Assembly: GCA_045638945.1 (NCBI GenBank) | Contig: JAZUCF010000009.1 | Coordinates: 4,588 to 68,587 of the forward strand | Direction of reading: 5' to 3' | Source of the DNA: Clostridia bacterium | GTDB taxonomy: Bacteria > Bacillota > Clostridia > UMGS1883 | DNA: 64,000 nt | Part shown: positions 18,201 through 25,600 of the stretch, piece by piece | Layout: the number at the start of each line of letters is the position of its first letter | Position numbering within the stretch: the stretch's first letter is position 1 | The notes under the pieces: model-generated | Database searches by the model: none | What the model saw: only the letters and a program-made list of their open reading frames with translations | What the model was told of the DNA's origin: nothing | Program-made: the position numbers and the translations under genes

Positions 18201-20648
18201 AATATAGCCGGGAATGTCGGTGATTTTTTCAGATTCAAAGCCTACAATTCTTCCGAATGCATCTATATAGAAAAGTCCGCTTGTTCCTACGTCAATACGC
18301 GATGTCCACACAGTTTTACGATTTGCGGTTTCGTATTCTGCGCCATTTATGGTGAGAACCATGTCCTCCGAGCCTGCGTTTTCAATAGCTTCAATTTTTC
18401 CGCTGATGTTTCTCTTTGCAACAATTGCTTTTACCAAAGTGTTATCCAGGCTTCTTGCAACCGAGATAACATCTTCCTTTGAAATTGAAGAAAGCGGAAT
18501 TTCAACACCATTCATGTCTTTAAGCGTATAAAAATCGCAATCCTCAAGCTCAAGGGTATTTCCGTAGGAGTCGTACAAATCGTATACCCTTTCGTTCTCT
18601 GCATCAACTGTGCTTACCACCATAGTTCTGTAAGCATCAATTACAGTGAGGCTGTCGCCGATAAGCTTGATGCTTCCGCCGTCTGCCTTGCTGAGAAGGA
18701 TTTTGCCGAGGTCGCTTGATGCGATGCTCTTTCCGTTGTAGATAACATATTTTCCGCTTCCTACAGAGAAAGTATCACTTACATTCTTTCCGTTTGCCTT
18801 TTTATATGTAAAGTTAACGGTGCTTCCGCTTACGCTATCGCCTGTAACATCGGCAAGGTCAATTTCGGTAATATCATATTCCTTTGTTCCCATGTAAAGG
18901 AGTCTGTCGTCGTTATCGTACCAGCCCTTTACGCGGTAGCCGAGGAAATTGTTATATTCCTTATAAAGAAGCTTAAGCTCTTTTGAGTCGATGTATATTG
19001 TGTTTTCCTTACCGCTTGCTGCGGGATTTTTAAGGTCGGAAAATTCGTTTTTCGTAACTGTTCCCTCAGTTACCTTTGCATTCCAGTACTCGGTAAGGAT
19101 ATTTTTGTTTTCGTTAAATATATATTCTGCAGTTCCGTTTGAGCTATAGGTTGTTACCTCAAGAACTGCGGCATCAAGAGCGTTACGAAGAATCTTGAAC
19201 ATTTCGTTGAAGGAAAGAGCCTTAGTGGCAGTTGCCGCACCCATATAAAGCTCTCCAATGCGTGCCGCATCAAAGTAGCCGGGGGTGTAGCCTCCTCTTT
19301 CCTCTGCATATACATCATAGTTTAAGATTCTGCCCATTACTGTGATTGCCTCACCCAAGGTGATGAAATCATAGGGACGGAAAGCTATACCTGCATCGCC
19401 TGCGATATAGCCCTGTGCACGGGCTGTATTCACTTCATCAAAGAAGGGAGCATCAGAAGGCACATCGGAGAAGTGCTGACTGCTTCCCTTAACTATCTGT
19501 GCATTTGCAAGGCGGAGTGCATAGCGGATAAATTCCCATCGCATTACGCCTTCATTAAAATCAAGAGGAAATTCGTCCTCCTCTGTAAATACGCCGAGCG
19601 AGCGAAGGATTCCCATTTCGCTGTAGCGGTTTTGGTCATCCGCGTCCGCCTGTACAGCTTCCTTTACGGGGAAATTATATGTTTCCTCCACGGTAATGCT
19701 GATTGTGGGAGGTGTAGGTGTGTTTACACCCTTTACGCCATAGGCGACCTTATCCATGTGCGATCTGTTCTCGCGATGTGTTCCGAGAAGCTTCAGGGAA
19801 AGCTCCGTATTTTCTGCAATCGCTCCGTTTACATGGCTTAATATGTCCAGCTTCACGTCGGCATAGGCTGAACCCGAAGTGCCTACAGCCTTTGACTTCT
19901 CCTCGCGCAGCTCGGGCTGATTATTCCAGTTAAGCTCACCCTTTTTCCAGGGGGCGGTTCTTACCGCAGTAATTTTAGCACCTGTATCTTTGAGGGATAC
20001 ATTCATTTCCAAAAATGCACTTTCAATCACTTTACCGCGGAAGGAACCAATATTTGCCATATAATAAACATAGCTTGATTTTTCCGGGAAGTTGTTCATT
20101 TGGTCGCGAAGTGCATCCGCTCCGGTAGCAGTCGTTACAAGAGCATCCTCATCGGGCTTTATTGCACTTACCGCTGCGGCATGCTGCTCGTCAATACGGA
20201 TTGTGTATACGTTAGGTGTAATCTCTACGCTGCGTAAATCTTCCGCAACTGCTACAGGCATACCAAAGCTCTGACTAAGCAATTCCACACCTGCATACAG
20301 CACACCGTTTCTTAAGATGGGCTGATGTGAAAGCTCAGCCTCTCTCCCGTTAACACTAAAGATAAGATTTCCCACCATAAAAGTGGCGGTGGAATCTCCT
20401 CTTTTCACGGTGAAGTTATCACCCGTGCGGGTAATCTCCATTTTGAGATATCCGCAAAGTTCCTCCATGGGAACAAAAATCGTATCATATGCGGCAAAGG
20501 GCTGATTTTTAAAATCCACCGCTGTGCCGGAAATTGTTACATCTGCCGGGTACTCACGCGCTGCAAGAGCTAAAGTCCCCGGTATTAATATCGTAACCAT
20601 TGCCATCACTAAAACGAGCGACAGCATTCTCATGAAAAGCTTCTTCAT
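15288..20648 (-). CDS. giant (~1786 aa) secreted surface protein: stalk domain, DNRLRE-like, SLH-like repeats, ~790-aa unassigned core, Flg_new-like repeats x3, GLUG-like C-terminal module
   Basis: The ORF is open to 20708, but AGGAG 9 nt upstream of ATG 20648 and the signal peptide MKKLFMRMLSLVLVMAMVTILIPGTLALA favour 20648. Domain motifs are listed in the findings. Confidence 0.9.
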   Translation of the reverse strand: MKKLFMRMLSLVLVMAMVTILIPGTLALAAREYPADVTISGTAVDFKNQPFAAYDTIFVPMEELCGYLKMEITRTGDNFTVKRGDSTATFMVGNLIFSVNGREAELSHQPILRNGVLYAGVELLSQSFGMPVAVAEDLRSVEITPNVYTIRIDEQHAAAVSAIKPDEDALVTTATGADALRDQMNNFPEKSSYVYYMANIGSFRGKVIESAFLEMNVSLKDTGAKITAVRTAPWKKGELNWNNQPELREEKSKAVGTSGSAYADVKLDILSHVNGAIAENTELSLKLLGTHRENRSHMDKVAYGVKGVNTPTPPTISITVEETYNFPVKEAVQADADDQNRYSEMGILRSLGVFTEEDEFPLDFNEGVMRWEFIRYALRLANAQIVKGSSQHFSDVPSDAPFFDEVNTARAQGYIAGDAGIAFRPYDFITLGEAITVMGRILNYDVYAEERGGYTPGYFDAARIGELYMGAATATKALSFNEMFKILRNALDAAVLEVTTYSSNGTAEYIFNENKNILTEYWNAKVTEGTVTKNEFSDLKNPAASGKENTIYIDSKELKLLYKEYNNFLGYRVKGWYDNDDRLLYMGTKEYDITEIDLADVTGDSVSGSTVNFTYKKANGKNVSDTFSVGSGKYVIYNGKSIASSDLGKILLSKADGGSIKLIGDSLTVIDAYRTMVVSTVDAENERVYDLYDSYGNTLELEDCDFYTLKDMNGVEIPLSSISKEDVISVARSLDNTLVKAIVAKRNISGKIEAIENAGSEDMVLTINGAEYETANRKTVWTSRIDVGTSGLFYIDAFGRIVGFESEKITDIPGYIITVAESGSAIRKKLQAAIMVKDVEDYVVYDFADKVEIDGKIKKKIEDIENCFKKEGTFEPQGIIFSLNADGKINKVDTYYKDTQDTDPDNKEKRETTLNKRTVLPLRSEGESKDNRYEKGNFYNRYFLTAASTLSVLNTAASATTIEDYQTLTGVLPDGHDRTTTEIYTVGNLTPNVSIAYAKGTVSQTVGEKNRLMLFDRSVIAFDEDGYEVTKIYYYDGLERKSVTARDDLSADNLSALSALNRGDIFRFGADTSGKLSAAKRIYDYKNRAFVDLVSDRMKPTSFMGDGRVHGGYTTHIEDGYLRVSQKPDASSADLDDSTTEYMWNSISKITQNGFYKFTGSSAGIEVTVATENDIRLSSHAPLTATGIVMCDTNNVLIKNIWLVDLSEMYTYSYSAGEGVTDATGIDTALHRVEKGYVISSLPAGPTRTNYDFAGWNINGEIKQPGESYTVNESVTIRATWGGYNPSIKFSFVNPDGTSICDEWWSIYKPASTEFETHKLPTQADLDGKGYNSGEKVLTGWKDNNGTPYAPGADYIPGSNGYTPESPAGETFTAEWKTVPKATFVFMDGVEEIHTYKWALEDIDGNPESHDLPTAVKENHGLHGWKDSNGEPYPPGYDYIPNDHSVGAGDTVVFTAQWYSIWSGNEPTDADKPTGDGSAANPYQISNGNQLAWFGKNAAKTANAILTDDIYLNWFDADNDGTFDEGWYETAGNVAGANNWHGYQIGVSGSGNAYTGTFNGNGKTIYGLYLSGASGENVSFFGIVGSGGTVKNTNFKGAYVVANDEKADTTNGFISVVCGYTASGTFSNLTADGKIAVANGKYVSFAGSIVCTARSATIVDCTSDVDIDLTGGGTDLCGDGNSETGSRGIGGIVGAVTKDGTLVENCTNNGSIFAPYNQKIGGVVGTVIATLTLKNCTNGSESVITHAKDWGTCKGCNLLVGFVRGTRLTEEGTNTAGGTLVPYPAE

Positions 20649-20693
20649 ATGCAATTTCTCCTTTCCTTTTCTTTCCACAACAAGCGAAAGCTC

Positions 20694-20722
20694 TTGACTT
20701 CGCTCCATAATTATTGTATAGT
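20694..20722 (+). promoter_or_regulatory. candidate sigma-A promoter of the AraC-family gene
   Basis: TTGACT (20694-20699), 17 nt spacer, TATAGT (20717-20722). Confidence 0.5.
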
Positions 20723-20741
20723 TATATCGTAAAAAAGTAAA
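20713..20741 (-). promoter_or_regulatory. candidate sigma-A promoter of the giant surface-protein gene
   Basis: Minus sense reads TTTACT (20741-20736), 17 nt spacer, TACAAT (20718-20713). Its -10 overlaps the -10 of the divergent promoter. Confidence 0.4.
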
Positions 20742-20776
20742 CCTTAAATCGTTTCTAAAAAGTCAGAAATCGTATC
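20724..20776. promoter_or_regulatory. three phased AWATCGT repeats (candidate AraC-family operator)
   Basis: ATATCGT at 20724, AAATCGT at 20746 and AAATCGT at 20767. Spacings are 22 and 21 bp. Confidence 0.3.
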
Positions 20777-20791
20777 ACTCGGAGGTAATGT

Positions 20792-21742
20792 ATGGAAATA
20801 AAAATCCGTTCCTTTAATTCTACTTATTTTCCCTCGGATAAAGGGGCAAATTCTATCATTAATATTGCCAGTGCAGGATATACCTTCGGAAATCCAAGCT
20901 TTAAAAGGAAAATTAACCCCGTGGACTCTGCTACCTCTTCTTCAGAATATTATCAACTGGAATACGTGACGGAAGGCATATGTCACATTGAAATGGGAGA
21001 CCGCACCTATTCCGTCTCCGAGGGGGAATTTTTCTTCATAAACAAAGGCATACCGCGTACTCTGTATGCAGATAAGAAAAAACCCGTAAAAAAATTTTTT
21101 ATCAACATAAAAGGCTCTCTCGCCGATGGGCTCATAAAAGGGCATGAGTTAAATCAACCAATATTAATACTGAAAATTGACGTTCTGAGTCATTTTCTCA
21201 GACTTATGGGAATTTTAGGGTCGGCAGACTCCTACGATACCAAAACAGAAGGTGAAATCAGCGCCGAGCTCTCAAGGCTTCTACACAAGGTTTACACCGC
21301 CAAGCAAAGCCTCGAAGCTGTAAAAATAAGCTCCGACTGCAGTGCTGAGGATATTTTAAGATATATTGATACAAATATGGGAAGGAAGTTTTCCATTGAA
21401 GAAATGTGCGAGCATTTCTTTATCAGCCGTGCAAAGCTCTGGAGGATATTCAAGTCAAAGTATAACACCACGCCTCATGTATATTTGCAATTGAAGCGGA
21501 TTGAGAAAGCCAAATATTATCTGCTTCACACAAATCATCCCATTTCAACCCTTCATGAAACCATAGGGCTTAGCGACTCAAAGTATTTTTTTCAGCTTTT
21601 CAAAAAGGAAACGGGGATGACTCCTCTCAAGTTCCGCGAAAAATTCTTCGGAATGGATAACATAACTCCGCTGGTTATTAAAAATCCTCAGGAGGAATTT
21701 TCTCTTCGAAAAACCGGAAATGCTCTTGAAAAGAAACGGTAA
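20792..21742 (+). CDS. AraC/XylS-family transcriptional regulator (cupin-like N-terminal domain plus C-terminal double HTH)
   Basis: GGAGG lies 6 nt upstream. The C-terminus reads ILRYIDTNMGRKFSIEEMCEHFFISRAKLWRIFKSKYNTTPHVYLQLKRIEKAKYYLLHTNHPISTLHETIGLSDSKYFFQLFKKETGMTPLKFR. Confidence 0.92.
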   Translation: MEIKIRSFNSTYFPSDKGANSIINIASAGYTFGNPSFKRKINPVDSATSSSEYYQLEYVTEGICHIEMGDRTYSVSEGEFFFINKGIPRTLYADKKKPVKKFFINIKGSLADGLIKGHELNQPILILKIDVLSHFLRLMGILGSADSYDTKTEGEISAELSRLLHKVYTAKQSLEAVKISSDCSAEDILRYIDTNMGRKFSIEEMCEHFFISRAKLWRIFKSKYNTTPHVYLQLKRIEKAKYYLLHTNHPISTLHETIGLSDSKYFFQLFKKETGMTPLKFREKFFGMDNITPLVIKNPQEEFSLRKTGNALEKKR

Positions 21743-21837
21743 AAAAGAAGCGCGCCGCTTCACCCATATTGCGTCCCGACTAAATTCAAATATGACAAAT
21801 GTCGCTCGCGATAAAATCAAGCAATTTCCTATACAGT

Positions 21838-21890
21838 AAAAAAGCACGGAGTTGTAAAAAAGATACACTTTTTTACAACTCCGTGCTTTT
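21838..21890. terminator. bidirectional terminator
   Basis: AAAAAAGCACGGAGTTGTAAAAAAG-ataca-CTTTTTTACAACTCCGTGCTTTT. It overlaps the stop codon of the minus-strand gene. Confidence 0.85.
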
Positions 21891-23530
21891 TAGTGAACTA
21901 TTGTGCTTCCGCCGATAAACTCCCTTATAATTGAGGTGGGCGGTATGGGGTATGGGTCAAATTCTTCAAAGTAGGAAAGAAGCTTGATAAGCCTTCTAGC
22001 ACGGCTTAAATAGGGGCTGTCCTCCCCTATTTCCGAAAGCAGCTTAATTGCAGGCTCTTTCAGAACGGAAAGCTCATACACCAAGGAGGAATTAAACACC
22101 TCGTCCGCTTCGCATTCAAATGGGAAAATATACTTTTGCTCCCCACGCCTTACACTCTGCCACAGCTTAAATGTTCCCTCGGCAGGGGTGTTTCTGTGGG
22201 AGGCATCGCGGACAATTCTGCGAAGAAGTCTGTTATCCGTGGGAGAAAATGCGTTATACTCATCAAGACACAAACTGGTAAGACAGCTAAGATATATTTT
22301 ATACTTGTTTTCACGCTTAACACGGCTTGTGAGAAGCTCATTAAGTGCGTGAATACCCTCGGCAATGATTATCTGATTTTCACCTAAAGTGAGCGTTTTT
22401 CCTTTAACACGCTTCCTTATTTTGAAATCGTATTTGGGAAGCTCTACGCTTTCACCCTTTGCAAGAAGCGAAAGATGCTCATTGAAAAGCTCATAGTCAA
22501 TTGCTTCCACACATTCAAAATCCATTTCTCCGTTTTCATCACGCGGCATACGCTCATCATCTACATAGTAATCGTCAAGCGATATTACCACAGGATTTAT
22601 ATGGTTGATTTTAAGATGCAGGCAAAGTCTGTTTGCAAATGAGGTTTTTCCCGAAGATGACGGCCCTGCAATCAATATGACTTTTATCTTCGGATTTTCC
22701 TTGATTTTGTCCGCAATACGGCTTATACGCTTTTCGTGAAGCCCCTCTGCCATATTCACTATCTCGGATATATTTCCGTTTTGTATGGTTTCGTTCAGAG
22801 AAAATATATCACCTACTCCTACCGTGCTTATCCAGTCGCGGTAATCTTCAATTGCGTTGTGCACCTTTATCCCCGTTTTAATTTCGGGGATTGCGTCAAC
22901 TGTGTAATCTGTGGGATATTTCAGCAAAAATCCGTCGTCAAAGGGAACTATATCAAAAACGCTTAAAGCTTCCACGGAGTATGCAATCGGCTGATAGGTA
23001 AGGTGATATCTTTTCGCCGTCCTGCAGGCGGTAATAACCTTGGCAGGGAGCTTTTCTATAAGCTCTGCCTTATCGGCTTCCCCATTCTGTCTGAAAAGCT
23101 CCGCCAGAACTTCTTTTTTGAGCTTAATGGAATGAAGCTTCTCATTCTGACGGATAGTTTCATTCATTTTTTCTTTGATTGCCTCTGCTATGCGTACTTT
23201 ATCAGAGGCTGAATTTATCTCAAAGTAGGTTGATTTATTTACTGACTGGCGTACAAAAACCGTGTCCGCCCCTGTAATCTGTTCCGCCGCGTGAAGGAGC
23301 AATAAAATAAGGGATTCCTTGTAGATAAGATAGCCCTCGTCGCTTTTTATTGTAAGAGGAAAAACCGTGTCCCCACTCTGCAAAATGTAGTCTGACGGCA
23401 CAATTTTGCCGTTGACCTTACAGGCAAGAACACTTTTCCCGAGTCCTTTTTGGGTTATAAAATCGCCTATTTTAATTTCTTTTTCTGTGGAGAAGCTTTC
23501 GGAAGCATAAGTAAATTTAATCATTTTCAA
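21890..23530 (-). CDS. uridine-kinase-family nucleoside kinase with N-terminal TGS-like domain
   Basis: P-loop ILIAGPSSSGKTSFANRL. The C-terminal half resembles Udk/PRK. The N-terminal beta-grasp segment reads KVNGKIVPSDYILQSGDTVFPL. Confidence 0.75.
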   Translation of the reverse strand: MKMIKFTYASESFSTEKEIKIGDFITQKGLGKSVLACKVNGKIVPSDYILQSGDTVFPLTIKSDEGYLIYKESLILLLLHAAEQITGADTVFVRQSVNKSTYFEINSASDKVRIAEAIKEKMNETIRQNEKLHSIKLKKEVLAELFRQNGEADKAELIEKLPAKVITACRTAKRYHLTYQPIAYSVEALSVFDIVPFDDGFLLKYPTDYTVDAIPEIKTGIKVHNAIEDYRDWISTVGVGDIFSLNETIQNGNISEIVNMAEGLHEKRISRIADKIKENPKIKVILIAGPSSSGKTSFANRLCLHLKINHINPVVISLDDYYVDDERMPRDENGEMDFECVEAIDYELFNEHLSLLAKGESVELPKYDFKIRKRVKGKTLTLGENQIIIAEGIHALNELLTSRVKRENKYKIYLSCLTSLCLDEYNAFSPTDNRLLRRIVRDASHRNTPAEGTFKLWQSVRRGEQKYIFPFECEADEVFNSSLVYELSVLKEPAIKLLSEIGEDSPYLSRARRLIKLLSYFEEFDPYPIPPTSIIREFIGGSTIVH

Positions 23531-23531
23531 A

Positions 23532-24950
23532 TCACCTCAAAAATTCAAGTCCCTTTCTCTTCTTTTCTATTATCTCATCAATTCTATTTATATAATCGGC
23601 GGCTTCCTTGGGGTTAAATACTCTTTCAATTCTGTCACCCTTTACCATTTTTGTTGATGCCCCACCGCCCATGGCAAGAATCGTCTGTATTTCCTCCATA
23701 ATGTAGATATTGTAGAGGCTTTCGTTTCCCTCAAGGGAAAACCCCACATTTTCAAGATTTCCCAGGGTGTTTTTTTGCTTGTACATATAATAGGGATTAT
23801 ACCCTTTTTCCGTGAGGAAACCGTAGGAATACTGCACCATTTTATCCATATTATCGGCAAAACGCAGTTTTTCAAAATCATCAATAAGACGTGCGGCTCT
23901 TTTCAAATACATTGTATGCACAGTCACGCCATGGGGCGAAAGGGAACACACTTCACCCACTGTTTTTTGAAAATCCTCTATGTTCTCGCCCGGAAGCCCT
24001 GCAATAAGGTCTGCATTAATACTGAAGCAACCGTATTTTTTTGTCATTTCAAAGGCTCGTATGGTTTCCTCCACAGTGTGTTTTCTTCCAATCCTCTCCA
24101 GAGTTTTCTGATTCATGGTCTGGGGATTTATACTGATGCGATTAACCTTGTTTTCAGAAAGGACACTGAGCATCTCATCGGAAAAAGTATCAGGTCTGCC
24201 TGCTTCCACGGTAAATTCTCTGAGCGAAGATACATCAAAGGAATTTTTAACCTTCTTTATCAGTATATTCAGATTTTCGGGAGATAATGTGGTCGGAGTG
24301 CCGCCGCCAAAATAAATTGTTTCCGCTTTAAAGCCTAAATTCTCCGCCATTCGTGCCGTCTCTTCGATTTCCTTTATAAGCGCCTCCACATAAGGCTGTA
24401 CAAATTTCTGGTTGTGTGCCATTGCCTGAGAAATAAAGGAGCAATAGGAGCATCTTGTGGGACAGAAAGGTATTCCGATATAAAGACCTACGCCGTTTTT
24501 TACGCGGTTTTTAAGAAGTCCGAATTCCTTTTTCGCCACGTCAAGACTGAGCCGTGCTTTTTTGGGAGTAATGAAGAACTCCTCCTGCATGTAGCGGAGT
24601 ATCTCGCTTTCACTCTTATTCTCATCGAGCATCATTCTGGCAGTTTTGGCAGGCCGTATCCCTGTTGAAATTCCCCAAGGAGCAGGCATATCAGAAAGCT
24701 TTCTGCACGCAAAAAACACCGATTTCTTTATTAAATCGCTGATTTGTCTTTTCTCGGGAGAAAAAAGCTGCATTTCAATTTCACCCTCGGCTTGTCTTTC
24801 GCCGAGGGTGATTTTTGCTTTTGCTTTATATATATTTTCTTCAATATCAAGCTCTGTTATTACACTAAATTCGGAATTTATATCGAAAAAGAGCTGTAAT
24901 ATCTGCCTTACGGCATCCTCAAATGAATGTCCTTTTAATTCAATTTTCAT
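23532..24950 (-). CDS. hemZ: radical SAM coproporphyrinogen dehydrogenase HemZ-type protein
   Basis: CxxxCxxC (CPTRCSYCSF), a HemN-like core, and the long N-terminal extension characteristic of HemZ. Confidence 0.75.
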   Translation of the reverse strand: MKIELKGHSFEDAVRQILQLFFDINSEFSVITELDIEENIYKAKAKITLGERQAEGEIEMQLFSPEKRQISDLIKKSVFFACRKLSDMPAPWGISTGIRPAKTARMMLDENKSESEILRYMQEEFFITPKKARLSLDVAKKEFGLLKNRVKNGVGLYIGIPFCPTRCSYCSFISQAMAHNQKFVQPYVEALIKEIEETARMAENLGFKAETIYFGGGTPTTLSPENLNILIKKVKNSFDVSSLREFTVEAGRPDTFSDEMLSVLSENKVNRISINPQTMNQKTLERIGRKHTVEETIRAFEMTKKYGCFSINADLIAGLPGENIEDFQKTVGEVCSLSPHGVTVHTMYLKRAARLIDDFEKLRFADNMDKMVQYSYGFLTEKGYNPYYMYKQKNTLGNLENVGFSLEGNESLYNIYIMEEIQTILAMGGGASTKMVKGDRIERVFNPKEAADYINRIDEIIEKKRKGLEFLR

Positions 24951-24955
24951 ATAAA

Positions 24956-25579
24956 TCAGTCCAATACATGATTAACTATATAGGGATTGCCCCTCTTTTC
25001 TTCGCCGATTGTTGTTTTTACTCCGTGACCGGGAAGCACTATTGTTTCTTCGGGGAACCTTGTGATAAGGAACTTAATAGATTCAAGTTCCGTCTTTAAA
25101 TCCCCGAAATCAAATCTTCCTATGGAATTCTGGAAAAGCAAATCTCCGCAGAATAGATTGTCCCCCCACTGATAGGTTACACTGCCCGCACTATGACCGG
25201 GAGTGTGGTATACTTTTATGGTTGTGTTCCCGAAGGGAATTTCGCACACTTCGTCCAGCAATATATCGGGGGTATATGGCTCTATCTTCTCCCCCGTAAG
25301 GAAGCTCAGGTTACAGTTGTTATCGAGTAGCATCATCTTATCCCCGCTGTGGATATAAACCTTTGCACCTGTCCTTTCGGCAAGGTCGCAAACGGCACCT
25401 ATATGGTCAAAATGCCCGTGAGTAAGAAGTATTTTTGTAAGAGAGGCGCCGCTTTTTTCTATTTTCTTTAAAATCAAATCAGCCTGTGCACCGGGGTCAA
25501 TCACTGCCGCTTCCCCGTTATCCGTCAGAAGATAACAGTTCACACATAACTGACCTACCATAATACGCTGTATATCCAT
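24956..25579 (-). CDS. MBL-fold metallo-hydrolase (glyoxalase II-like)
   Basis: THGHFDH metal motif, HTPGHS, 207 aa. Confidence 0.88.
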   Translation of the reverse strand: MDIQRIMVGQLCVNCYLLTDNGEAAVIDPGAQADLILKKIEKSGASLTKILLTHGHFDHIGAVCDLAERTGAKVYIHSGDKMMLLDNNCNLSFLTGEKIEPYTPDILLDEVCEIPFGNTTIKVYHTPGHSAGSVTYQWGDNLFCGDLLFQNSIGRFDFGDLKTELESIKFLITRFPEETIVLPGHGVKTTIGEEKRGNPYIVNHVLD

Positions 25580-25600
25580 TTATATCCGCTCCTCCCTGCC

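Noticed and set aside
20649-20708. A 20-codon N-terminal extension (MERSQELSLVVERKGKEKLH) of the giant surface-protein ORF.
   Set aside because: The AGGAG SD and the signal peptide begin at ATG 20648. The extension would also place the predicted AraC-gene -35 hexamer inside coding sequence.
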